Positions 19,682 to 29,322 of a stretch of 64,000 nucleotides of DNA are shown piece by piece. The translations under genes and the position numbers were made by a program. Numbering within the stretch: position 1 is the stretch's first letter; each line of letters starts with the position of its first letter. The notes below the pieces were generated by a model, which was not told the origin of the DNA, did no database searches, and saw only the letters and a program-made list of their open reading frames with translations. This DNA is from Blastocatellia bacterium (GTDB taxonomy: Bacteria > Acidobacteriota > Blastocatellia > UBA7656 > JADIYM01): positions 17,485-81,484 of the forward strand of contig JAJTWZ010000006.1 of the NCBI GenBank assembly GCA_021463145.1. Reading direction: 5' to 3'.

Positions 19682-20413
19682 GTGCGGCTGAAGCTCACGA
19701 TCCAGTACGACGGCACGGGCTTCCGCGGCTGGCAATCGCAGCCCGGCGAACTCACGGTGCAGGACGCGCTGGAGTCCGCGTTGCTCTCGTTCGATTGCGG
19801 GCGCGTTGCGGTTCATGGAGCGGGGCGCACCGACGCGGGCGTGCATGCTCTTGGGCAGGTCGCGCACTTCGATATCGACAAGTCTCTCGAAGCCGGGACA
19901 TGGATACGCGCGATCAACGTCAAATTGCCGGCGGACATTCGAGTCGTTGGCGTCGAACGGGTCAACGAGGACTTTCACGCTCGCATGGGCGCGAAAGGAA
20001 AGTTGTACCGCTACCGGGCCGCAACGGGCGATGTGCTCAGTCCGTTCGTTCGCCGTTACGTCGCGCACGCTCCGTACGATCACGATCTGGACAGGATGCG
20101 CGATGCCGCGGCCGTTCTTTTGGGACGACACGACTTCGAGGCGTTCACGGTCAAGGACCGTGAAACGCTCACGACGACACGCGATCTGCGCCGTCTCGAC
20201 GTGGTGCGGCAGGGCGACGAGATCTGGATCGAGGCGGAGGCCAATGGGTTCCTCCGGGCCATGGTTCGCACTCTTGCCGGCACGCTTCTGGCTGTAGGAG
20301 ACGGGCGGATGCCGGTCGGGCAAGTAGCCGAGGCGCTCGAGGCGAAGCAGCGCGATCTGGCCGGTCCAACCGCTCCGGCACGAGGGTTGACTCTCGTTCG
20401 CGTCGACTACTAA
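19682..20413 (+). CDS. truA: tRNA pseudouridine(38-40) synthase TruA
   Basis: The motifs LKLTIQYDGTGFRGWQ and GRTDAGVHA are present. The start is taken at GTG 19682, downstream of the pyrE stop; the ORF extends upstream across pyrE's 3' end. Confidence 0.85.
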   Translation: MRLKLTIQYDGTGFRGWQSQPGELTVQDALESALLSFDCGRVAVHGAGRTDAGVHALGQVAHFDIDKSLEAGTWIRAINVKLPADIRVVGVERVNEDFHARMGAKGKLYRYRAATGDVLSPFVRRYVAHAPYDHDLDRMRDAAAVLLGRHDFEAFTVKDRETLTTTRDLRRLDVVRQGDEIWIEAEANGFLRAMVRTLAGTLLAVGDGRMPVGQVAEALEAKQRDLAGPTAPARGLTLVRVDY

Positions 20414-20451
20414 CATCGGCCGTCACGCCTGCGCACTGCCTCGGAGGATTC

Positions 20452-21285
20452 ATGATCGACGCGTTCGAGGGCCTCGTGGAACGGGGCTCTCCGGAGGAGT
20501 TTCTGCTGAGGCAGATAGACCGGGACCGGCTTCCCCGGCACATCGCAGTGATCATGGACGGGAACGGCCGGTGGGCCAACAACCGCAGCAAGCCCCGGGT
20601 ATCCGGACACCGGGCCGGCGCGATATCGGTTCGAGAAACGGTGGAGACGGCAGCCCGGCTTGGGATCGGATACCTGACTCTTTACGCGTTCTCGACGGAG
20701 AACTGGAAGCGGCCGCGCCTGGAAGTCGAGACACTCATGAGGCTGCTCAGGGAGTATCTGGGCAAGGAACTGGAAACACTCGCGCGAAACCGCATCCGTT
20801 TCCGCGCGATGGGGCGTCGCGACGAGCTCTCGGGGGGCGTCCGCCGGGACATCGAGCGGGCCGAGCGCGAAACCGCACATTTCGACGGTATGGTTCTTAC
20901 GGTCGCACTCAACTACAGCGGCCGGACCGAGATCGTGGATGCGTGCAGGCGTATCGCCACGCACCTCGTGACGTCGGGCGGCGATCCGTCACGGATCACG
21001 GAGGCGGATATCGGGCGAAACCTCTACGAGCCAGAGTTGCCCGATCCTGATCTTCTCATCCGCACGAGCGGAGAATTGAGGGTCAGCAACTTCATGCTCT
21101 GGCAGATCGCATACACGGAAATTCACGTGACGGAAACGCTGTGGCCCGATTTCCGTCGCGCGAACCTTTTCGAGGCCATCGTCGAGTTCCAGAAGCGCGA
21201 CCGGCGCTTTGGCGGAGCGATCGATCGGATCGGCGATGCCGGGACGCCAATGACCACGGCTGGAAGCGGTCAGGTCGGTCGATGA
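20452..21285 (+). CDS. uppS: Isoprenyl transferase (undecaprenyl diphosphate synthase)
   Basis: The motifs HIAVIMDGNGRWA and YLTLYAFSTENWKRP are present. RBS ggagga precedes the start. Confidence 0.9.
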   Translation: MIDAFEGLVERGSPEEFLLRQIDRDRLPRHIAVIMDGNGRWANNRSKPRVSGHRAGAISVRETVETAARLGIGYLTLYAFSTENWKRPRLEVETLMRLLREYLGKELETLARNRIRFRAMGRRDELSGGVRRDIERAERETAHFDGMVLTVALNYSGRTEIVDACRRIATHLVTSGGDPSRITEADIGRNLYEPELPDPDLLIRTSGELRVSNFMLWQIAYTEIHVTETLWPDFRRANLFEAIVEFQKRDRRFGGAIDRIGDAGTPMTTAGSGQVGR

Positions 21286-22097
21286 CGCGAGTTCTTACGG
21301 CGCTCGTGGCATTGCCGGTGCTGCTTGTTGCGACCTGGTGGTCCAATCCTTACCTCTTCGTCGCTATCGCTGCTCTTGCGATACTTGCTGCGCTTCACGA
21401 GTTCTACGTCATCGCCGACAGGGCGGGAGCGCCGCCATTCCGGATCGCCGGGCTTGCGTCGGGCGTCGTGTCGATTGCGGTCGCCGCGGGCGTCGGGCCC
21501 GAGTGGAACTCGTACGTGCTGGCCGCGACGACGGTCGTGGTAATGATCGCAACGCTTGGCCGCGTGGATGACAAGAGCAGAATCCTCGCGTCCGTTGGAT
21601 CGACAATGGCCGGCGTCCTGTACGTTGCGACGCTCGGCAGTTATCTGGTTGCGGTGAGGATGCTTACGGCGCCGCCGCAGATTGCGTCGAAGCTGATCAC
21701 GCTCTTCCTTGTAATCGTGATGATGAGCGATACGGCCGCCTATTACACCGGGAAGACGTTCGGGAAGCGCAAGCTGGCGCCGCGGGTGAGTCCTGCCAAG
21801 ACGGTGGAGGGCTCGATTGGAGGCCTGGTTGGAAGCACGGCCGCGGCTGTCGCTGCGAAGTACGTCTTCTTTCCCGAACTGCCGATCGTCCACGCGATTG
21901 CGCTCGGCGCCGGGATGGGAGTGATGGGACAGGTAGGGGACCTCGTCGAATCTCTGCTGAAACGTGGATCGGATGTGAAGGATGCGGCGTCGATCCTGCC
22001 CGGTCACGGTGGATTCCTCGACCGCCTGGACAGCATGCTGCTCAATGCGCCGATCCTGTACGCATACGGGGTGCTCGTGCTCGGGGCCAGGCCGTAG
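21282..22097 (+). CDS. cdsA: Phosphatidate cytidylyltransferase
   Basis: TM helices and the C-terminal CTP-transferase motif [11 protein letters not shown] are present. The ATGA overlap with the uppS stop indicates translational coupling. Confidence 0.85.
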   Translation: MTRVLTALVALPVLLVATWWSNPYLFVAIAALAILAALHEFYVIADRAGAPPFRIAGLASGVVSIAVAAGVGPEWNSYVLAATTVVVMIATLGRVDDKSRILASVGSTMAGVLYVATLGSYLVAVRMLTAPPQIASKLITLFLVIVMMSDTAAYYTGKTFGKRKLAPRVSPAKTVEGSIGGLVGSTAAAVAAKYVFFPELPIVHAIALGAGMGVMGQVGDLVESLLKRGSDVKDAASILPGHGGFLDRLDSMLLNAPILYAYGVLVLGARP

Positions 22098-22185
22098 CTG
22101 TCGATGTCGAGAGGCCGGCGATCGGATTGCCGGGTTGCCGTCTCTCCAGGCGCCGATCGCCGGCCGCGGCATTGCCGGTCATGGG

Positions 22186-22214
22186 TTGACAGTGCCTGAG
22201 GCGGTGCGTATTGT
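22186..22214 (+). promoter_or_regulatory. Sigma70-like promoter for rplM-rpsI (TTGACA, 17-nt spacer, TATTGT)
   Basis: A -35 TTGACA at 22186-22191 and a -10 TATTGT at 22209-22214 lie about 40 nt upstream of the rplM ATG. Confidence 0.5.
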
Positions 22215-22254
22215 GCTCGCTTGCGTTCAGCACACGTTTTGCGGAGATAGAGTT

Positions 22255-22689
22255 ATGAGCACGTATATTCCGAGTGGAGCCAACCTCGAAGCGCAGCGCG
22301 CCTGGTACATCGTCGACGCCACCGGTCAGACCGTCGGGCGGATGGCGACCCGCGTCGCGATGATCCTGCGGGGAAAGCACAAACCGACCTACACGCCGTT
22401 CATCGACATGGGCGATCACGTCGTGATCGTCAATGCCGAGAAGATCGTATTCACGGGCAACAAACTCGAAGACAAGTTCTATCGCCATCATTCGGGCTGG
22501 CCGGGTGGGCTCAAGGAGATCGCCGCGCGCGACCTTCTGGCGAGGTACCCCGAGCGGATTCTCGAGCAGGCCATCCGCGGCATGCTCCCGAAGAACACCC
22601 TCGGACGTGCAATGGGCCGCAAGTTGAAGGTTTACGCTGGACCAGAGCATCCGCATTCGGCTCAAAAGCCGGAGCCTCTGGCCGTCTAA
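22255..22689 (+). CDS. rplM: 50S ribosomal protein L13
   Basis: The translation matches the L13 family along its full length (144 aa). Confidence 0.95.
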   Translation: MSTYIPSGANLEAQRAWYIVDATGQTVGRMATRVAMILRGKHKPTYTPFIDMGDHVVIVNAEKIVFTGNKLEDKFYRHHSGWPGGLKEIAARDLLARYPERILEQAIRGMLPKNTLGRAMGRKLKVYAGPEHPHSAQKPEPLAV

Positions 22690-22704
22690 AGTGAGGACTC
22701 ACAG

Positions 22705-23100
22705 GTGAGCAGCGACATTCAGTATTACGCAACAGGACGCCGCAAGACATCGACGGCGCGCGTGTACCTTCGGCCCGGAACGGGTGAGATCACTGTCAAC
22801 AAGCGTGCTTTCGAGAACTACTTCCCGAACGAAACGCTTCAGATGGTGATTCGCCAGCCGCTTCAGCTGACCGAAACCGCGAACAAATTCAGCATTTTCG
22901 TGAACGTTTCGGGAGGCGGCATTGCCGGTCAGGCCGGCGCGGTCAGGCACGGAATCACGCGGGCGCTGATGGAGTTCAACACGGATCTGCGGACGCGCCT
23001 CAAGCGTGCCGGATTCGTGACGCGCGATCAGCGGCAGAAGGAGCGCAAGAAGTACGGCCAGAAGGGCGCACGCGCTCGGTTCCAGTTCTCGAAGCGCTAA
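22705..23100 (+). CDS. rpsI: 30S ribosomal protein S9
   Basis: GTG start. The [10 protein letters not shown] motif and the C-terminal …ARFQFSKR tail are present. Confidence 0.95.
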   Translation: MSSDIQYYATGRRKTSTARVYLRPGTGEITVNKRAFENYFPNETLQMVIRQPLQLTETANKFSIFVNVSGGGIAGQAGAVRHGITRALMEFNTDLRTRLKRAGFVTRDQRQKERKKYGQKGARARFQFSKR

Positions 23101-23277
23101 GGCGTCGTGGGTTTCGGCTCGATGGCCAGCGATCGGCGCGGATTGCGTTCGATCCTGGCCATTGGCCGCGAATGCCCGTTTCTCAATCCATTGCCGTTCC
23201 CGAGTTGGTTGCCGGCGTCGAAATCGCGGGCCTCGGAGCGGTGAGTACACAAACCGATTCAGCGAAGGAGAATTCCA

Positions 23278-24264
23278 TTGGTCAACGTTACGATGAAGGA
23301 ATTGCTGGAAGCTGGCGTCCACTTCGGGCACCAGGTTCGCCGTTGGAATCCGAAGATGAAGGAGTACATCTTCGGCGAGCGGAACGGGATCTACATCATC
23401 GATCTTCAGAAGACGCAGCGTCTGTTCAAGGAAGCCGTCAAGTTCGTTACTGCCGAGTCCGTCAACGGCCGGAAGTTTCTTTTCGTCGGCACCAAGCGCC
23501 AGGCACAGGATGCGATTCAGGAAGAGGCCGAGCGCTGCGGAATGTTCTATGTCAATCAGCGCTGGCTTGGCGGGCTACTGACCAACTTCCAGACGATCCA
23601 GAAGTCGATCGCCCGCTTGCGCGATCTGGAGGCGATGAAGACCGACGGCCGCTACGACTCGATGACCAAGAAGGAGCGCATCGGCCTCGATCGTGAACAG
23701 GATGGCCTCTCGCGCAACCTTTCCGGCATCAGGAACATGGGCGGGCTGCCCGACGTGATGTTCGTCATCGACTCCAACAAGGAAGAGATTGCGGTCAAGG
23801 AGGCCAACCGGCTTGGCATCCCGATAGTCTCGATCGTCGACACGAACTGCGACCCGGACCTGATCGACTATGTAGTGCCCGGCAACGACGACGCACTGCG
23901 GGCGATCCGGTTGTTCCTCCAGAAGATGGCCGATGCGATCATCGAGGGACGCGAACTGACCAAGGACGCCGCCGCCGACGAAGCGGAGGCCTCAGCGGCG
24001 GAAGGCGATCGCGAGAGCCGTCCGCGTCGCGACGACCGTGAGCGTCGTCCGCGTCGCGACGACCGTCCGCGCCGTGAGGACCGCGTTCCGCGCGCCGATG
24101 CGCCTGCGTCCGACGACATCCGGGCCTACCGTTCCGCGGACGGCCGTCCCGAGCCCGAGCTTCCGGAGGCGGACGCCCCGGATGCGGGAACCGAATCGGT
24201 TGCAGCTCCCGCAGCGGACGCGGCAACGGCTGAAGCAGCTCCGGCCGGCGACGCCCAGGCGTAG
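23278..24264 (+). CDS. rpsB: 30S ribosomal protein S2 with a roughly 110-aa charged C-terminal extension
   Basis: A TTG start follows RBS aaggag by 7 nt. The S2 core is present (GVHFGHQ…). The C-terminal [22 protein letters not shown] repeat is followed by an Ala/Asp-rich tail. Confidence 0.9.
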   Translation: MVNVTMKELLEAGVHFGHQVRRWNPKMKEYIFGERNGIYIIDLQKTQRLFKEAVKFVTAESVNGRKFLFVGTKRQAQDAIQEEAERCGMFYVNQRWLGGLLTNFQTIQKSIARLRDLEAMKTDGRYDSMTKKERIGLDREQDGLSRNLSGIRNMGGLPDVMFVIDSNKEEIAVKEANRLGIPIVSIVDTNCDPDLIDYVVPGNDDALRAIRLFLQKMADAIIEGRELTKDAAADEAEASAAEGDRESRPRRDDRERRPRRDDRPRREDRVPRADAPASDDIRAYRSADGRPEPELPEADAPDAGTESVAAPAADAATAEAAPAGDAQA

Positions 24265-24358
24265 CCGATCCGGCAAGAAATATGTCGCGCCGGTCGTAGA
24301 GTTCCGCCTGCCGGAACCGCGAGCCGGCGCCCGGTAGAGAAAAGGTACGAGGGAGAGC

Positions 24359-25024
24359 ATGGCTGAGATCACAGCAACCGCGGTCAAGGAACTGCGCGAG
24401 AAGACTGGCGCCGGAATGATGGAGTGCAAGAAGGCGCTCACCGAGGCCGATGGCAATGAGGACAGGGCAGTCGAGATCCTGCGGACTCGTGGTCTTGCAG
24501 GTGCCGAAAAGAAGGCCGGCCGAATCGCAGCTGAAGGCGCCGTTGGAAGCTACATCCATATGGGCGGAAAGGTCGGCGTGCTCGTAGAAGTGAACTGCGA
24601 GACGGACTTTGTCGCTCGTGGCGACGACTTCCAGACGTTTTTGAAGGACATCGCGATGCACATCGCGGCGATGTCGCCGCAGTACATTTCGAAGGAGGAC
24701 GTTCCCGAGTCCGCGCTCGCCAAAGAGCGAGAGATCGAGCTCGAGCGACTCAAGAACGACGAGGCTATGGCGAAGAAGCCGGCCGACGTTCTGTCTAAAA
24801 TCGTCGATGGCCGGGTTTCGAAGTATTACGAGACAGCGTGCCTGCTCGAGCAGCCATTCGTGAAGGACCAGAGCTCGACGGTCGGCGAACTTGTTAAAGG
24901 TCTTACCGCCAGGATTGGAGAAAAGATCGCCATTCGCCGTTTTACGCGGTACAAGATGGGTGAGGGGCTCGAAAAGAAGGAAGGTGACTTCGGAGCCGAA
25001 GTCGCCGAGATGCTTGGTCGATAG
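24359..25024 (+). CDS. tsf: Elongation factor Ts
   Basis: The N-terminal UBA-like motif [18 protein letters not shown] is present. It is a short-form EF-Ts of about 220 aa. Confidence 0.95.
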   Translation: MAEITATAVKELREKTGAGMMECKKALTEADGNEDRAVEILRTRGLAGAEKKAGRIAAEGAVGSYIHMGGKVGVLVEVNCETDFVARGDDFQTFLKDIAMHIAAMSPQYISKEDVPESALAKEREIELERLKNDEAMAKKPADVLSKIVDGRVSKYYETACLLEQPFVKDQSSTVGELVKGLTARIGEKIAIRRFTRYKMGEGLEKKEGDFGAEVAEMLGR

Positions 25025-25030
25025 CAGGTA

Positions 25031-25060
25031 GAAGGCCCCGGTAACGGGGCCTTTTGTTTT
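25031..25060 (+). terminator. Rho-independent terminator after tsf
   Basis: The stem ggccccgg/ccggggcc is followed by a T-rich tract, ttttgttttt. Confidence 0.7.
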
Positions 25061-25110
25061 TCCCGTCCGAGGACTGGATCTGGAGGTCGATCGTGAATGC
25101 TGGAGGCGCT

Positions 25111-25848
25111 GTGAGCGAAGCGACATCGGGCACGCCGGCTTTTCGCCGGATCCTTCTCAAGATCAGCGGCGAAGCGCTCATGGGCGCCGGCAAGTTCGGC
25201 ATCGACCCCGCCGTCGTCAATGAAATCGCGGAAGAGATCAAGCAGGTCCACGACCTCGGCGTCGAAGTGGCGGTTGTAGTCGGTGGCGGAAACATCTTCC
25301 GGGGTATTGCAGCAAGCACGCAGGGAATGGACCGCGCGGCGGCGGATTACATGGGAATGCTCGCTACGGTGATGAACTCGGTGGCCGTACAAGACGCTCT
25401 CGAGAAGATTGCCGTGCCGACTCGCGTTCAGACCGCTGTCGAAATGCGTCAGATCGCCGAGCCGTTCATCCTGCGGCGCGCGCTCAGGCATCTCGAAAAG
25501 GGCCGAGTGGTCATTTTTGCCGCCGGCACTGGCAATCCCTACTTCACGACGGATTCGGCCGCGGTCCTTCGCGCGCTCGAGATCGGCGCCGACTGCATCC
25601 TCAAGGCGACGAAGGTGCAGGGAATCTACTCGGCGGATCCAATGACGGACGAATCGGCCGAGTTTCTCGAGTCGGTCACTTATGACGACGTGCTGAATCG
25701 CCATCTGAAGGTGATGGATGCTTCGGCGATTTCACTCAGTCGCGACAACAAGCTGCCGATAGTGGTCTTTAATCTGCGCACCCGCGGGAACATTCTCAGG
25801 GTCGTCACCGGCGAGCGCATCGGCTCGCGCGTTGGCCCAAAGTCCTGA
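25111..25848 (+). CDS. pyrH: UMP kinase
   Basis: The motifs [11 protein letters not shown] and [10 protein letters not shown] are present. The start is chosen at GTG 25111 after RBS ggagg; the frame is open from 25054. Confidence 0.85.
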   Translation: MSEATSGTPAFRRILLKISGEALMGAGKFGIDPAVVNEIAEEIKQVHDLGVEVAVVVGGGNIFRGIAASTQGMDRAAADYMGMLATVMNSVAVQDALEKIAVPTRVQTAVEMRQIAEPFILRRALRHLEKGRVVIFAAGTGNPYFTTDSAAVLRALEIGADCILKATKVQGIYSADPMTDESAEFLESVTYDDVLNRHLKVMDASAISLSRDNKLPIVVFNLRTRGNILRVVTGERIGSRVGPKS

Positions 25849-25907
25849 GAGTGACTCATCGAGCCCCCGGTACGGTTTAGAACCGGTCGGGTGAATTGAG
25901 AGAAATC

Positions 25908-26468
25908 ATGGAACTCAATCAACTGAAGTCCGACACAGACGCCCACATGAAGGCCACGCTTGAAGACGCCCGGCGCAAGTTCCAGCATATCCGGACCGGC
26001 CGCGCATCCGTGAACCTGCTCGACACGATCATGGTCGACTACTACGGGTCGATGACGCCTCTATCCCAGGTCGCCGCGATCAGCGCGCCTGAGCCGTCGC
26101 TGTTGACTGTGCAGCCTTGGGATCCTTCGGTGATCAAGGCGATCGAGAAAGCCATTCTCACTTCGGACCTCAATCTGAATCCATCGAACGACGGCAAGAT
26201 GGTGCGAATACCGATTCCGCAACTAACCGAGGAACGCCGAAAGCAACTCGTCCGGGTCGTTCACGACATAACGGAAGAGCATCGCACTGCCATCCGGAAC
26301 ATTCGGCGGGACGCAAACGACAAGCTCAAAGCTGCGTTGAAAGACAAGACCATCTCGGAGGACGACGAGCGTCGAGCGCTTGAAGAGGTCCAGAAAATGA
26401 CGGACAGCTACATCGCAAAGCTCAACGATCTCGGCAAGCAGCGCGAGAACGAGGTTATGACGGTCTGA
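25908..26468 (+). CDS. frr: Ribosome recycling factor
   Basis: RRF family along its full length. The start is taken at ATG 25908; an in-frame TTG at 25896 is also possible. Confidence 0.85.
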   Translation: MELNQLKSDTDAHMKATLEDARRKFQHIRTGRASVNLLDTIMVDYYGSMTPLSQVAAISAPEPSLLTVQPWDPSVIKAIEKAILTSDLNLNPSNDGKMVRIPIPQLTEERRKQLVRVVHDITEEHRTAIRNIRRDANDKLKAALKDKTISEDDERRALEEVQKMTDSYIAKLNDLGKQRENEVMTV

Positions 26469-26502
26469 TTGCGGCCTGGGGTTCGCCGAAGCCGTGCAGG
26501 CC

Positions 26503-26527
26503 CGAGCCCGATGCTAATCGGGCCTTT
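26503..26527 (+). terminator. Rho-independent terminator after frr
   Basis: The cccga…tcggg stem is followed by ccttttgt. Confidence 0.6.
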
Positions 26528-26754
26528 TGTCCCGCGGTGAAGGCATGAATGAATCGGATCGGTGCGCTGCGACCGTAGTATCGCAGCGTGATCGTGTCGG
26601 TGCCGCCGCGGACGAGGCAGCGATTCATTACACCCTGACTTGTAAACAAGTGCAAAAAGAGCCCCGTAGAAGCTAACGGACAGGCCCTTCCGAGCGACTT
26701 ATGCGTATGAGTGGACACATACGCGAGTTGAAGAACGGACCTTCCGGAGAGTCG

Positions 26755-29187
26755 ATGAAAGCAAGACTGCAGAGAATGGCGTTGTGCCTGTTAGTACTGA
26801 GTACGGCCGTGCCGGCAGGCGTTCAGGCTGGAGGGGGGGATGAGACGGCCGCTTCGTTGTTCGAGGCGCGGAATGCGTCGCCCGCCAAACTCGGGTTTCT
26901 CGAGTCGGCGCCGGTTATCGACGGAAAACTCGACGACGAAGTCTGGAGCAAGGCCGTCGTCCTCAAGGATTTTCTGCAGCTTCAACCGGGCGACAACATC
27001 GCCCCGTCCCAGCGAACCGAGGTGCTACTTGCCCACGATGGCAGGAACCTGTACATGGCGTTTCGTTGTTTCGACGACGAGCCGGACCGGATTCGGGCGA
27101 CGATTTCCAAGCGAGACCAGATTTTCGACGACGACAATGTAGGGGTGTACCTCGACACCTTCAACGACCAGCGCCGCGCGTATGTGTTCTATTTCAATCC
27201 GCTCGGAATTCAGGCCGACGGCATATACACCGAGACGCGCGGGGAAGACTACAGCGTCGACGTCGTGCTTGAGTCGAAGGGAGCTACGACGCCCGACGGG
27301 TACGTCGTCGAGGCCGCGATTCCGTTCAAGTCTCTGCGCTATGAAGCCGGAGAGGGAAAGCTCTGGGGGATTCACGTGTTCCGTCGAGTGAAGCGCGATG
27401 CGAACGAATTGACGTCGTGGATGCCGCTCAAGCGTGATTCGTCGGGAACCCTCATCCAGGAAGGCAAGATCACCGGGTTCGAATCGATCGTCGAGGAGCG
27501 CACCCTGGAGGTCATCCCAAGTCTGACGATTTCGCAGAACGGATTGCGCAGGCCGTCGCCATCTCCATTCGGCGACCCGTTCCAGGACTCGACAAAGTTC
27601 GTGAACAAGCCCATCGGCTTCGACGCCGGTCTCACGTTGAAGTACAGCATCACGCCGACGATCACGCTGGACTTTGCCGCCAATCCCGACTTTGCCCAGG
27701 TGGAGGCGGATGCGCTTGTCGTTACGGCCAACCAGAGATTTCCGATATTTTTTCCCGAGAAGCGGCCCTTCTTTCTCGAGGGCATCGACATATTCCAGAC
27801 ACCGTTGCAGGTCGTTAATACCCGGACCATCGTCGATCCGGATGTCGCCGTGAAGATATCGGGCAAGCAGGGAAGGACGGCGTTCGGACTTATGCTGGCG
27901 TCGGATGCCGCGCCGGGCAATTTCACGGAAGAAGAGCGCGAGGACCCGTTCCTCCGGCCGTTCATCGAGCCCTTCGTCGACAAGAATGCGTATGTCGGGG
28001 TGCTCAGGGCGAGGCGCGACATTGGTCAGGAGTCGAACCTCGGATTCTTTGCCACGACTTACAACTTTCCGCAGCAGCACAACGATCTTGGCGGCTTCGA
28101 TGGCCGGTTCAAGCTCGATTCGAAGACGGTGCTCAGTTTCCAGACTCTGGCGACCACCACTAGAGGCTTCTTCTACGACCCGAACACCGATTCGTCATCC
28201 TATGGAACGGGAAACGGATTCGGCTATCACATCAACTACGACTACACGGACAGGAACTTCGGTTATTCCGTCCAGACCGAGGGACGTACGCAGAACTATC
28301 GGGCCGATGTCGGGTTCACCCGCCGGACAGGCACTAACCAGACGAATCTCTTCACTCGCTGGAGCACCGATCCCAGGCCGGAGGGGTTTTTCACGAACTG
28401 GCGGCTGTCGAATTTTGCAGCGGCGAGTTACGACTGGATGGGCCGGATGCAGCAGGTCTCCGACGACGTACAGTTGCAGCTCAACTTCAAGAAGGAAACC
28501 TTCTTTGCTGTCAGCTACGAAGGCGGGCACGAACGGCTGTTCGAAGAGGAGTTCGGGGCGAAGCGGAACGAGTCGCAGCAGGGGGCGTTTTTCGGTCCGC
28601 ACGGCGAGCGATCCTCCAACTATCACGAACTCTCCGCCCGCGGCGGATCGACGCTTAGCAAGAAGTTTTCGTTCTTCCAGTTCTTCAGCATCGTGCACGG
28701 TGCGTTCGACTTCGACTTCGGCAATGGCTCGAAGTATCCGCGCGTAAGTCCAGCTGCGATGGCGAATCCGTTCGCACCGCTCGATCCCGGGCGCGGCACG
28801 GAGTTGTTCCTCGAGACTGAACTGACGTTTCAGCCGACGGAAGCACTGAGAACGAGCGTTAACTATGTGAAGAACCGGCTGCGCCGCTACGATGTGGACA
28901 AGGTCGCGTTCGACTCGAATCTCGTTTCGTTGCGGGCGACGTACCAGTTTTCGCGGTTCACTTTCGTCCGCGCACGTTTCGACTACGATTCGCTCAGCTC
29001 TCGGGCATTCGGGCAGTACCTTTTCGGATGGACGCCCAACCCGGGCACGTCCTTTTACGTCGGCTACAACGACGATCTGAACGTCAACGGCTTCAACCCG
29101 ATAAGCGGGCGCGTTGAAGATGGAGTTCGCCTGAACGGACGGACGTTTTTCATCAAGATGTCTTATCTGTTCCGGAAGAGCTTCTGA
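26755..29187 (+). CDS. Exported DUF5916-type protein with a CBM9-like N-terminal domain and a probable C-terminal beta-barrel
   Basis: A signal peptide MKARLQRMALCLLVLSTAVPAGVQA follows RBS ggagag. The N-domain resembles carbohydrate-binding family 9 (DGKLDDEVW… NLYMAF). The C-terminus is rich in aromatic/Gly alternation and ends …RKSF. Confidence 0.65.
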   Translation: MKARLQRMALCLLVLSTAVPAGVQAGGGDETAASLFEARNASPAKLGFLESAPVIDGKLDDEVWSKAVVLKDFLQLQPGDNIAPSQRTEVLLAHDGRNLYMAFRCFDDEPDRIRATISKRDQIFDDDNVGVYLDTFNDQRRAYVFYFNPLGIQADGIYTETRGEDYSVDVVLESKGATTPDGYVVEAAIPFKSLRYEAGEGKLWGIHVFRRVKRDANELTSWMPLKRDSSGTLIQEGKITGFESIVEERTLEVIPSLTISQNGLRRPSPSPFGDPFQDSTKFVNKPIGFDAGLTLKYSITPTITLDFAANPDFAQVEADALVVTANQRFPIFFPEKRPFFLEGIDIFQTPLQVVNTRTIVDPDVAVKISGKQGRTAFGLMLASDAAPGNFTEEEREDPFLRPFIEPFVDKNAYVGVLRARRDIGQESNLGFFATTYNFPQQHNDLGGFDGRFKLDSKTVLSFQTLATTTRGFFYDPNTDSSSYGTGNGFGYHINYDYTDRNFGYSVQTEGRTQNYRADVGFTRRTGTNQTNLFTRWSTDPRPEGFFTNWRLSNFAAASYDWMGRMQQVSDDVQLQLNFKKETFFAVSYEGGHERLFEEEFGAKRNESQQGAFFGPHGERSSNYHELSARGGSTLSKKFSFFQFFSIVHGAFDFDFGNGSKYPRVSPAAMANPFAPLDPGRGTELFLETELTFQPTEALRTSVNYVKNRLRRYDVDKVAFDSNLVSLRATYQFSRFTFVRARFDYDSLSSRAFGQYLFGWTPNPGTSFYVGYNDDLNVNGFNPISGRVEDGVRLNGRTFFIKMSYLFRKSF

Positions 29188-29322
29188 GGCGTCGATTGCT
29201 CGTGAGGACGGGCTGCGCGGCCGCCGCAACAGCCCGCCCCGCGGCGGGGTCTAGCGTGAGCGCATCGGAGGAGCTCTGGACCCACTGTCGTTCGGGGTTA
29301 CGGTTGGCGTAGACTCGGCGCC

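Noticed and set aside
18340-19755. 471-aa minus-strand ORF extending mobA upstream
   Set aside because: Only the 3' 603 nt encode MobA motifs. The upstream extension is antisense to pyrE, which is strongly supported.
27025-29229. 351-aa and 344-aa minus-strand ORFs
   Set aside because: They are antisense to the DUF5916 gene, which has a signal peptide, an RBS and domain similarity.
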